36,767 nt of DNA from an uncultured candidatus Brocadiaceae bacterium. GTDB lineage: Bacteria > Planctomycetota > Brocadiia > SM23-32. The position numbers and the translations under genes were made by a program. The DNA is taken from NCBI GenBank assembly GCA_964534775.1, contig CAZHPE010000004.1:1-36767 (forward strand). Direction: 5' to 3'. The notes beneath the pieces were generated by a model. The model was not told where the DNA came from and did not search any database. It saw only the letters and a program-made list of their open reading frames with translations. Shown piece after piece: positions 9,252 through 17,028 of the stretch. Numbering within the stretch: position 1 is the stretch's first letter; every line of letters begins with the position of its first letter.

Positions 9252-9611
9252 ATGAGAAAAAGTGCGGAAGAGACGCCGGCACCCCCTTGGGTGACAGTAG
9301 CGCTGGCGGCGGCGTGCGCCGCCCTGGGATACCGCCTGGCTTCGGGCATTCTGACAGTGATTGACCCGTGGCTGTCGAGAATCCCCTTCGTGGCGAACAT
9401 ATCCGGGCGCGAGCCACGAGGCTACATCTTTGATCTGGTTGGGACCGCGGCGGCGCTGGCGGTTGCGGTCGTTGTCAGTAAGGCCTTGCGCAATAGATCG
9501 TTTCGAGCTAATGCAGTTGCTCTATGCCTTTTTGTCGTCTTGGCCATATTCCCAATTCGCATCGACGTGAGCACCGAACTTGTTACGTGTCCACCTCCAA
9601 GGTGCCAATGA
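9252..9611 (+). CDS. Hypothetical membrane protein (about 3 TM segments)
   Basis: This is ORF 9222..9611. GAGGAG Shine-Dalgarno lies about 8 nt upstream of ATG 9252. Hydrophobic stretches are WVTVALAAACAALGY, LVGTAAALAVAVVV and AVALCLFVVLAIF. No family was recognised. Confidence 0.35.
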   Translation: MRKSAEETPAPPWVTVALAAACAALGYRLASGILTVIDPWLSRIPFVANISGREPRGYIFDLVGTAAALAVAVVVSKALRNRSFRANAVALCLFVVLAIFPIRIDVSTELVTCPPPRCQ

Positions 9612-9865
9612 CTGCCAAGGTCAAGCCGGTGACCCTGAAGATGAAGCTGTTGGATGGCTGGGAGTTCGGATCGGAGGTTCTGGTGGACGAGAGCAACGTC
9701 GAGGAGGCGTACGCAACTCAGGACGCGTATGGGGCCTACGCCATCGGTCTGCGCCTGGACGCGGAAGGAAGCGAGATCACCGAGAAGACGACGGCGGCCC
9801 ACAGGGGGAAGCGGCTGGCCGTATTCCTGGACGGCGAGCGGCAGATGCCGCTTTGGATCGCCGGC
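9608..9865 (+). pseudogene. Fragment of a SecD periplasmic-head-like domain protein, 3'-truncated
   Basis: From ATG 9608 within ORF 9524..10123. AYAIGLRLDAEGSEITEKTTAAHRGKRLAVFLDGERQM parallels the SecD P1-head motif (v.l.Ld.eGa..fa..T..n.Gk.lAIvLDg.v). Similarity ends abruptly at about 9865. Confidence 0.45.
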
Positions 9866-10105
9866 ACGGACCTGCCGAGCGGGCCGGGACATCCTTTCTA
9901 CAAGCGGCTGGACACGATATTGGCCAAGCATGGTTTCGACCGGTTCGTCGAGGATCTCTGCGCTCCGTACTACGCCGAGAAGATGGGGCGGCCGTCGATC
10001 CCGCCCGGCGTGTACTTCCGCATGCTGATGGTGGGCTACTTCGAAGGGATCGACTCCGAACGCGGGATCGCCTGGCGCTGCGCGGATTCGCTTTCGCTCA
10101 GGGAC
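9866..10105 (+). mobile_element. IS5/IS1182-type transposase N-terminal (DUF772-like) fragment; IS relic without DDE domain or recognisable ends
   Basis: GHPFYKRLDTILAKHGFDRFVEDLCAPYYAEKMGRPSIPPGVYFRMLMVGYFEGIDSERGIAWRCADSLSLRD is the conserved N-terminal block of this transposase family. It is fused in frame to the preceding fragment and stops at 10123. Confidence 0.7.
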
Positions 10106-10298
10106 ATGAGATCAACTTCGTGAGGATCAAGGAATGGATGTTGGCAATCCTGGGAGTGCTGGGCACACGAGCGAGAGCGTGCTTCAACAATATCCTCGGC
10201 GACAGGCTTGACAGTACGGATACGCCACAACCCCTCAAGCCCTTCATACCCCCTCATGCCTGCCGCTACAACTGCAGAGCCGGACCCTCCGCACTGGT

Positions 10299-11789
10299 TC
10301 ACTCCCCCATCTGCTCGGCGACCTGGATGGCGCGGAGGAGCGCCCGGGCCTTGTTGAGCGTCTCCTCCCACTCGCGCTCGGGCACGCTGTCGGTGACGAT
10401 CCCGCCGCCGGCCTGCACGTAGGCTTTCCCGCCCGTCAGGACCACCGTGCGGATGGTGATGCAGGTGTCCATGTTGCCCGAGAAATCGAAATACCCCACC
10501 GCCCCGCCGTAGGGGCCGCGTTTGGTGGTTTCGAACTCGTCGATGATCTCCATCGCCCGTACCTTCGGCGCGCCGGTGAGCGTGCCGGCCGGCAGGCAGG
10601 CCATCAGGGCGTCGAGCGCGTCGAGGCCCTCCCGCAGTTCGCCGGTCACCTCCGAGACGATGTGCATCACGTGCGAGTACTTCTCGATCACCATCAGCTC
10701 GTCTACCTTCACCGTGCCGTAGCGGCAGACGCGCCCCACGTCGTTTCGGCCCAGGTCGACGAGCATCACGTGCTCGGCCCGCTCCTTGGGGTCGGCGAGA
10801 AGCTCTTCAGCGAGCCTCTCGTCCTCCTCATCGGTCTCGCCCCTCCAGCGCGTGCCGGCGATCGGGCGCACCCGGACCTTGCGGTTCTCCACGCCCACCA
10901 TGACCTCGGGCGAGGAGCCGACCAGGCGCAGGTCGTCCATCTTCAGCAGGAACATGTAGGGCGAGGGGTTGATGACGCGCAGCGCGCGGTAGATGTCCAG
11001 CGGCGCGGCGCCGGTGGTGGCCTCCAGCCGCTGGGAGGGGACGACCTGGAAGATGTCGCCCGCGCGGATGTATTCCTTGCACCTCTCGACCCCGGCGAAG
11101 TAGTCCTCCTTGCGGGTGTTGGAGGTGTACGGCAGCTCAACATCGTCCCGCGGCGTGATGTCATCGCTCAGGTCCGTGACGGGCGTGCGGAGCTTGGCGA
11201 TGAGGGCGTCGATGCGGCCCTTGGCGCGCTCGTAGGCCTGCTCCGGCCGCACGCCGTCGGTCAGCGCGCTGCAAACGACCTTGATGGTGTGGTCGAGGTT
11301 GTCGAAGATGAGGATCTCGTCGAAGAACATGAACAGTACGTCCGGCAGGCCCCGGTCGTCGGGGGGGCAGTCGGGCAGGCGTTCGGTGAAGCGCGCCACG
11401 TCGTAGCCCATGTAGCCCACGGCGCCGCAGGAGAACGGCGACAGCCCCTCGACGTGCGCGAGGCGGTAACCGTGAAGATAGTCGCGCAGGTCCCGGAGCG
11501 GGTTGTCGCTCTCGCGTTCCTCCACGGAATCGCCCTCGCGGATCTCCACACGGCCGCCGGCGCTCCGAAACAGCGCGAACGGGCTCGCGCCCAGGAAACA
11601 GTGTCGCCCGATCTTCTCGGGGCCGGCCGCGCTCTCCAGCAGGAAAGCGTGGGGGCCGTCGGCTATCTTCTGGAAGGCCGAGACCGGCGTGAGGATGTCG
11701 GCCATGAGCTGTCGATAGACCGGCACGACGTTTCCCAGCTCGCACTTCCGCTTGAACTCGGCGAAGTCAGGAATGTAGTTTGGCTGCAT
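10299..11789 (-). CDS. trpE: Anthranilate synthase component I
   Basis: This is ORF 10299..11816. Motifs are IPDFAEFKRKCELGNVVPVYRQLMADILTPVSAF, RAGDIFQVVPSQR and GTLTGAPKVRAMEIIDE. AGGAAG lies 7 nt upstream of ATG 11789, which is preferred to 11816. No adjacent trpG. Confidence 0.92.
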   Translation of the reverse strand: MQPNYIPDFAEFKRKCELGNVVPVYRQLMADILTPVSAFQKIADGPHAFLLESAAGPEKIGRHCFLGASPFALFRSAGGRVEIREGDSVEERESDNPLRDLRDYLHGYRLAHVEGLSPFSCGAVGYMGYDVARFTERLPDCPPDDRGLPDVLFMFFDEILIFDNLDHTIKVVCSALTDGVRPEQAYERAKGRIDALIAKLRTPVTDLSDDITPRDDVELPYTSNTRKEDYFAGVERCKEYIRAGDIFQVVPSQRLEATTGAAPLDIYRALRVINPSPYMFLLKMDDLRLVGSSPEVMVGVENRKVRVRPIAGTRWRGETDEEDERLAEELLADPKERAEHVMLVDLGRNDVGRVCRYGTVKVDELMVIEKYSHVMHIVSEVTGELREGLDALDALMACLPAGTLTGAPKVRAMEIIDEFETTKRGPYGGAVGYFDFSGNMDTCITIRTVVLTGGKAYVQAGGGIVTDSVPEREWEETLNKARALLRAIQVAEQMGE

Positions 11790-11986
11790 CTGGTAGCTTC
11801 CTACTGCGTTTGGCATCGGTTCGGGCGCGGGCGCCGCAAAGGCACGCGTGCCGCAGTGGCTCGGCCGGCCGCGCAGGCGGCGACTTGCAGGGTGCGCCCC
11901 TGGACGTTATAAGGTTAGGGCACCGGAACAGACCGCCGCCCGCCGGGCCGCGGTCGACCGTCCGGCTCGAAAGGAGGAACAGCGCG

Positions 11987-12316
11987 ATGGCAGCATACAT
12001 CACCGGCATGATAGTAGGGGCCGTGTGCATCGTCTCCTCGCTCGTCTACCTGACGGGCGTGAACCTGTGCATAACCGCCTTGCTGGGCCAGAAAGACTTC
12101 GACCCGACCACCATCAAGACGTTCGACACCGTTCAACTCGCCGTAGCCGTTGCCGTTGCCGGCGCCTTCGTTCTAGTTGTGAGCATCGCCATGGCGGCCT
12201 TTACCGGCCTGCGTCGCCTGAAACCTCTGCCCGACCGGAAAGGCTCGGAGCCGGCCGAAACGCCTTCGGCCTCTTCCGCACCGGAACTCGAAGAACCGGA
12301 CGGCCTCGGCCTTTGA
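11987..12316 (+). CDS. Small hypothetical membrane protein (2 TM, acidic tail)
   Basis: AGGAGG lies 9 nt upstream of ATG 11987, inside ORF 11780..12316. Translation is MAAYITGMIVGAVCIVSSLVYL...AVAVAVAGAFVLVVSIAMAAF. Confidence 0.55.
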   Translation: MAAYITGMIVGAVCIVSSLVYLTGVNLCITALLGQKDFDPTTIKTFDTVQLAVAVAVAGAFVLVVSIAMAAFTGLRRLKPLPDRKGSEPAETPSASSAPELEEPDGLGL

Positions 12317-12328
12317 CGCCGCGGCGCC

Positions 12329-13891
12329 TTACATGCCTCGGGGTTCATCGCCCACAGCGGTATCGTTTCGCAACCGTTTCGCAACGCGGTTGACGGCGAT
12401 CATGTAGGCCCGCGCGCTGGCCTCCAGGATGTCCGTGCTGGCCGCGCGGCCGCGCTCCACCACTTCGCCCGACCTAACCTGAAGCGACACCTCGCCCATC
12501 GCGTCCGTGCCGCCGGTGATGGCCCGGATGCCGTAGTCGGCAAGCGCGCACTGGATGCCCGTGATGCGGTCGACGGCCTTGTAGACGGCGTCGATCGGCC
12601 CGTCGCCCGTGGCGGCGTCCGTCACGGCCTCACCGCTCACCTCCATGCGAACCGTGGCCGTCGGGATGACGCTGGTGCCGCTGGAGACGTGGAAGCTCAC
12701 GAGCCGGAACAGGTCCGGCGCCTCTTCCAACTCCTCGTCCACGAGGGCGCGGAGGTCCTCGTCAAAGACCTCCTTCTTCTTGTCCGCCAGGAGCTTGAAC
12801 TGTCCGAAGACATGCCCCAGCCGCTCGTCGCCGAGCTGGAATCCGAGTTCTTCGAGCCGGGAGCGCAGCGCATGCCGCCCGCTGTGCTTGCCCAGCACGA
12901 GGTGCGAACGGTCCACGCCGACGTCCTCGGGGCGCATGATCTCGTAGGTGCTCTGCTCCTTGAGCATCCCGTCCTGATGGATGCCGGCCTCGTGGGCGAA
13001 GGCGTTCTCGCCCACGACGGCCTTGTTGCGCTGGACTGACAGGCCCGTGACCGCGCTCACCAGGTGGCTGGCGTTCATGATCTGGGTGGTGTCGATGCCC
13101 GTCTCGATGGCGAAAAGGTCGGCGCGCGTGCGCAGGGCCATGATCACCTCCTCCAGGGCGCAGTTGCCCGCCCTCTCGCCGATCCCGTTCACCGTGCACT
13201 CGATCTGGCGCGCGCCCTTCCTGACCGCGGCGAGCGAGTTCGCCACCGCCAGGCCCAGGTCGTTGTGGCAATGGACGCTGATGGCCGCCCGTTCGATCCC
13301 CGGCACCTGGGTGCAGAGCATCTCGATGGTTTCTCCGAACTCCTGCGGCATTGCGTAGCCCACCGTGTCGGGGATGTTCACCGTCCGCGCGCCGGCATCC
13401 ACCACGGCGGCCACAACCTCGCACAGGAAGTCCGGCTCGGTGCGGCTGGCGTCCTCGGGGCTGAACTCCACGTCGTCGCAGAACTCCAGCGCCCGCCTCA
13501 CTCCTTCCACGGCGAGCTTGAGGATCTCGCTGCGGGCCTTCTTGAGCTTGAACTTGCGGTGGATCTCGCTGGTGGCCAGGAACACGTGTATGCGCGGCAG
13601 CTTGGCGTGGCGCACAGCCTCGCCGGCCCGCACGATGTCGGCCTCTGTGCAGCGCGCCAGACCCGCCACCCTCGCGCGAGTGACCGTGCGCGCGACTTCG
13701 CACACGCTCTCGAAATCGCCGGGCGAGGCGATCGGAAACCCCGCCTCGATCACGTCCACGCCCAGGCCCTCGAGCTGCCGCGCCACGCGCAGCTTCTCCT
13801 CCAGCGTCATCGAGCAGCCGGGGGCCTGCTCGCCGTCGCGCAGCGTCGTATCGAAGATGATAACCTTCTGTTTCGTCTCTTCTGCGTTCAT
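12329..13891 (-). CDS. leuA: 2-isopropylmalate synthase
   Basis: 520 aa. Motifs are VIIFDTTLRDGEQAPGCSM, HCHNDLGLAVANSLAAV and a C-terminal LeuA dimerisation/regulatory domain. Confidence 0.95.
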   Translation of the reverse strand: MNAEETKQKVIIFDTTLRDGEQAPGCSMTLEEKLRVARQLEGLGVDVIEAGFPIASPGDFESVCEVARTVTRARVAGLARCTEADIVRAGEAVRHAKLPRIHVFLATSEIHRKFKLKKARSEILKLAVEGVRRALEFCDDVEFSPEDASRTEPDFLCEVVAAVVDAGARTVNIPDTVGYAMPQEFGETIEMLCTQVPGIERAAISVHCHNDLGLAVANSLAAVRKGARQIECTVNGIGERAGNCALEEVIMALRTRADLFAIETGIDTTQIMNASHLVSAVTGLSVQRNKAVVGENAFAHEAGIHQDGMLKEQSTYEIMRPEDVGVDRSHLVLGKHSGRHALRSRLEELGFQLGDERLGHVFGQFKLLADKKKEVFDEDLRALVDEELEEAPDLFRLVSFHVSSGTSVIPTATVRMEVSGEAVTDAATGDGPIDAVYKAVDRITGIQCALADYGIRAITGGTDAMGEVSLQVRSGEVVERGRAASTDILEASARAYMIAVNRVAKRLRNDTAVGDEPRGM

Positions 13892-14074
13892 GCTTGGTCG
13901 ATCCTCATGGGTCAGGAGTCAAAGGGGGAAACTGTGAACCTCACGCGCGTTCCCCCAGCGCGGGCAGCCCCGACCCCACAGGGGCCGGCGCCGCCTGAGC
14001 ACCTCCGTTCCTCGCCGCATCTGCTCTTCCGTTATCCCTGCTGATCATTCTCCTCGCCGCCAGCAGAAAAGCCT

Positions 14075-14901
14075 TTATCTTACGACAGCGATCAAATGGG
14101 TACCCATATCAACGCAGCCTGGCTCGCGGCACGCTTCGACTCCCTGCCTTAGAGGCTCTTGCCATCTCGGCGGATCTTCGCGAACCTCAGTAAGTCGATC
14201 ACCCCCCTCGGCCGACAGGCAGTTCGAGCCTGACATGGTTAGGACCGTTGCCCCGCTCTCTTCAAGAAGAGCTTGCAGTTTCTGCGCCCTGAACGTGTGG
14301 CAACGATGATCACACTGGTTGAACGTGTCAGGATGCAAATCCCCGGTCCTAGTGATCTCCGTGTTCTCCTCGGGCGCAAGCGCCAAGATATCGGGCAGGA
14401 ACTCATACACGCCCCCCCAGAGCGTCATCACGCTGAAGAGCGCCCTCCCGGACTGCTTGAGCACACGAATCATCTCGCGCAAGGCCTGCCCCGTTTCTCA
14501 AATGCGTAACTCAGAGGACCACCATAGCACACGATGGCGTCGAACGTTTCATCCTCCAAAGCGCCCATATCGCACATGTCCACTTCAAGCATGTCCTGAA
14601 CTGCATGCTCGAATCCTGACTCCTGTGCATGCTGACGATTGAGTTCCAACTGAACCCGTGAAATGTCAACGACAAGCCCTCGCGCGCCAAGTTCCGCAAA
14701 AATCTGAGTGAAGCGGCCGGCCCCGGCGCCAACCTCGAGGACGTAGTCGCCTTCCCTGATATACTGCTCCAGATAATGGCGATGCACGTGGCGCTTGACC
14801 TCCATCGTTGGATATCCCTCCCAACGGTGCCATTCGCGGTCGCCGTAGGCGCCATAATACCCGCTGACCCACTCGGGATCATATCTCTGCACGGAGATCA
14901 T
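14075..14901 (-). pseudogene. Class I SAM-dependent methyltransferase, single -1 frameshift
   Basis: The N-terminal ORF 14470..14901 carries VLEVGAGAGRFT (motif I) and AIVCYGGPLSYAFEKR. The C-terminal ORF 14075..14482 carries ALREMIRVLKQSGRALFSV. The frames join if the coding-strand G4 run (plus-strand CCCC, 14489-14492) is G5. Confidence 0.75.
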
Positions 14902-14910
14902 CCCATTCCT

Positions 14911-15683
14911 TCAAACCCGGCCTTGGCGCCTCAGCGCCAAACGCCTCCTGTGCCAGGCAGTATCGTGGCGCTCATCGACAGAATCCCTCGTGCGTGCCAA
15001 CTCCTCAGAAATCCGCTTCCTTTCTGAAGCGTTGACGTTGCCCAGGACGTAGCTGTCTTCTTCCCAAACCGTAACCGTGTTGGGAAAGAACCATGATGCG
15101 GCCAGCGGGTTCGGAACAGAAAGCGGCACTCTCCGGTTGAGCAGAACGTCGTGTCCATACGCAGATTCGCCCAACACCTTGCCGACGAAGGGGTTGGCGT
15201 CCTGCGATCGTATCATCGCGGCGTTAATATCGAGATGCCTCCGAAAAACCGCGAATTCCGTGTCGATCGCTTCGAACTCCTCCAAGAAAAGGAGTCCCCT
15301 GGCGTCAACTCATTTGTCCATCGGTTTACGAGGTCAACGACGTCCTTCAAGAGGGAGAGCAAGAAACGCGCGTACATGAGTTCGCCCTCGACGGGGAATG
15401 GCATTACTGTCACGTCATGCTCAAGAAAGCGGATATCTGGACATCGTCGACGCGCCATCGTGAGGAAGTCCGAGGACTTGTCCATGCCGTAGACTGTGGC
15501 CCCACGCGCAGCGTGCGAGAGCATCTCGGTACTGAATCCGGCAGCACAACCCAGGTCAAGAGCCACGGAAACGGGCAGTTCAAGGTGCTGACGGATGAGC
15601 CCAAGTGCCAGTGGGTTGAAGAACTTGGCGATCGACTCCAGCCGCCGTGCCGCGCCTTCGCTTGTGCCGTACGTGTATCTCAC
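14911..15683 (-). pseudogene. Class I SAM-dependent methyltransferase (Tam-like), single -1 frameshift
   Basis: The N-terminal ORF 15213..15683 carries ALDLGCAAGFST (motif I). The C-terminal ORF is 14911..15285. Adding one G to the coding-strand G4 run (plus-strand CCCC, 15296-15299) restores ...NELTPGGLLFLEEFEAID..., the canonical L.PGG.L motif. Confidence 0.75.
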
Positions 15684-15760
15684 TCGCCGTCTTCCATTTA
15701 CCGCTCAGCCACCGGTATTCCTGGCGTCAACGGCCAGCGCCTGCGCCAGCCGTCCCATTA

Positions 15761-15802
15761 AACAAAAAACCCTGCCAAGCCTTCCGAGAGAGGCTTGCAG
15801 GG
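15761..15802 (-). terminator. Rho-independent terminator (minus strand)
   Basis: Arms are 15770-15781 (ccctgccaagcc) and 15792-15802 (ggcttgcaggg), giving 11 bp plus one bulge with a 10-nt loop. In the minus sense it is followed by TTTTTTGTT (plus-strand A-run 15764-15769). Confidence 0.75.
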
Positions 15803-15930
15803 CTTTGCACGTCTTACGTCTCAAGCAGGTACGGACCCCGCCCGCCTCACTCCCCCGGCCACAACCAGGGGCGAGTAAGCCAGTATAGCGCCAAACTTGC
15901 TTCGGGCTGGATCCTTTTTCCTCTCATGGC
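15764..15930 (-). ncRNA. Candidate about 165-nt small transcript (sRNA or leaderless mRNA for a 26-codon ORF, 15847..15927)
   Basis: It is bounded by the consensus promoter at 15937-15965 and the terminator at 15761-15802. ATG 15927 lies 2-3 nt from the predicted TSS and encodes MRGKRIQPEASLALYWLTRPWLWPGE. No known RNA family was recognised. Confidence 0.4.
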
Positions 15931-15936
15931 ACCGCT

Positions 15937-15965
15937 ATTATCGGCCAATACCCGCGTGTTGTCAA
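15937..15965 (-). promoter_or_regulatory. Sigma70-type promoter, TTGACA-17-GATAAT (minus strand)
   Basis: Plus-strand tgtcaa at 15960-15965 and attatc at 15937-15942, with an exact 17-bp spacer. Confidence 0.7.
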
Positions 15966-16021
15966 CCCCTTCGGTCCGGAATGTCCCGTGCGACCGCCCT
16001 CTTGGGCGCAAGTTCCAGTCA

Positions 16022-16050
16022 TTGACACGTTTTCGGGCCGATGATAGAAT
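16022..16050 (+). promoter_or_regulatory. Sigma70-type promoter, TTGACA-17-TAGAAT (plus strand)
   Basis: TTGACA at 16022-16027 and TAGAAT at 16045-16050, with a 17-bp spacer. It is divergent from the 15937-15965 promoter, with -35 boxes 56 bp apart. Confidence 0.7.
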
Positions 16051-16055
16051 CGCCG

Positions 16056-16141
16056 GTCGGTGAGCACGCACCGGTTGCTGATACGAACATGGGGGAGGCA
16101 TTGTCACAGGATAGGATCGCCTGCCTGTGCAGGGGTTTTTC
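16056..16141 (+). ncRNA. Candidate about 85-nt sRNA or attenuated leader
   Basis: The predicted TSS is about 16056. A 5' hairpin is CGGTG-agcacg-CACCG (16058-16073). After an unstructured middle comes CCTGC-ctgt-GCAGG (16120-16133), then GGTTTTTCTCTC. The terminator stem is only 5 bp, so this is weak. Confidence 0.25.
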
Positions 16142-16600
16142 TCTCGGCGTGGTCCGCGCACGCCATGTGGTGGCGCTGTCGGACGAGTTGTTCGCCGCCA
16201 CCGGTCATTTGCATGGCCTCACCAAGCCGTGCCGGCACCTGCTGCACGCGACCGCGGTCCTGTGTGCTCCGGGGGCGCCAGGCAATCTCCGAAGCGGCAG
16301 GCTCCACTTCCCTGAGACCTTGCTGAAAAGCGCCCTGCCCGACCTTTCCGCATCGGAGAGAAGAATCGCTGCGCGCTCGGGCACGTCGCCCCGGGGCAAG
16401 GATCTCCTTGGACGAGGTGGCGGGGCGCGTTGCGGCAATCGCGAGCATCAGCGCGGCGCGGGACTCCGGCGGCTCGCAGGACACCACCGTCGCAGCCGTG
16501 GCGGATGACGGGACCGCGTTCGACCTGCTGCTCGGCGGCTGGGACGCCAGGGGCAAGAGCGTACGGGCCCGGGGGCTGCACAGTGACCCAACGCCAGTAA
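16089..16600 (+). pseudogene. Degenerate coding region of unknown family (two frames: 16089..about 16405 and about 16408..16600)
   Basis: Third-position G+C is high in frame 16041..16508 up to about 16400. Protein-like composition then continues in frame 16408 (DEVAGRVAAIASISAARDSGG...DLLLGGWDARGK). There is no Shine-Dalgarno at ATG 16089. RHVVALSDELFAATGHLHGL...RHLLHATAVL only faintly recalls the helical HD-type C-domain of Ppx/GppA. Confidence 0.2.
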
Positions 16601-16609
16601 GCCTCTCTG

Positions 16610-16726
16610 TCAGCGAATACCGTGCAGTGCGCGGGGTATGTAGTTCGCAGCGCAGTAGAGAGCCACGAGCGTCAGAGCGATCTCCAGCAGGTGGCGGCCT
16701 GCAGATCCTTCGCTCTTCTGCGGCAT
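16610..16726 (-). CDS. Possible 38-aa hydrophobic peptide, or the 3' relic of a lost membrane-protein gene
   Basis: AAGGA lies 4 nt upstream of ATG 16726. Translation is MPQKSEGSAGRHLLEIALTLVALYCAANYIPRALHGIR. The frame stays open upstream without a plausible start codon (GVGVGLLFLARRWVPRLAARLFEK). Confidence 0.2.
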   Translation of the reverse strand: MPQKSEGSAGRHLLEIALTLVALYCAANYIPRALHGIR

Positions 16727-16841
16727 CGAATCCTTCTCAAAGAGGCGGGCGGCCAGGCGCGGGACCCACCTTCGGGCCAGGAACAGGAGGCCGACCCCGA
16801 CTCCGCCTTTCCCGCCCAAAGCGCCCGAGCTCGCACGGCGG

Positions 16842-16870
16842 TTGACACATTGGGGGGGTTCTGGTATAAA
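16842..16870 (+). promoter_or_regulatory. Sigma70-type promoter with extended -10, TTGACA-17-(TGg)TATAAA, for the rplY operon
   Basis: TTGACA at 16842-16847, TG at 16862-16863 and TATAAA at 16865-16870. It leaves a GC-rich 5' UTR of about 150 nt before rplY. Confidence 0.7.
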
Positions 16871-17028
16871 TCGGGAGCAATGTGGGCTTATCGGCTCCGC
16901 CGCCGCGGGCTGTGCCATGCCGCGAGCGGGCCGGCGGTTGCAGGCCGGTAGTCCTATCGAGACCCCGCCCCCGACGGGCAATTCTCGCCGGTGGCCAAGT
17001 GGTTTGCTGCTGTGGAGATAAGGCTGAG

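Noticed and set aside
13892-14074. The leuA upstream region considered as a Leu leader-peptide attenuator or T-box.
   Set aside because: The only small ORF (MISRDNGRADAARNGG...) has no Leu run. No T-box specifier or terminator architecture and no U-tract hairpin were found.
14489-15299. Programmed ribosomal frameshifting or transcriptional slippage to rescue the two methyltransferases.
   Set aside because: A G4 run has no slippery heptamer or downstream stimulatory structure and is far shorter than the A/T runs of 9 or more needed for transcriptional slippage. Mutation or sequencing error is more parsimonious.
15847-15927. The Trp-rich 26-codon ORF (3 Trp) considered as a trp-type leader peptide attenuator, given that trpE is in the window.
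   Set aside because: The Trp codons are not tandem. I could not find an anti-terminator pairing alternative to the 15770-15802 hairpin. The downstream genes are dead methyltransferases, not trp genes, and trpE is 4 kb away on the other side of leuA.
8882-15985. The 10-mer CGGAATGTCC occurs three times (about 8882, about 9036 inside hicB, about 15975 between the divergent promoters), and GAATGTCC also occurs at about 8806.
   Set aside because: My estimate is N^3/6 divided by (4^10)^2, with N about 3.7e4. That predicts several 10-mers occurring three times by chance in a window this size. The flanks do not align.
15800-16020. The promoter-flanked non-coding stretch considered as a known structured RNA (6S, SRP/4.5S via GGTCCGGAA, RNase P, tmRNA) or tRNA.
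   Set aside because: No cloverleaf is present. There is no conserved SRP domain IV motif beyond a 9-nt coincidence, no end-to-end pairing expected of 6S, and the size is wrong for RNase P or tmRNA.
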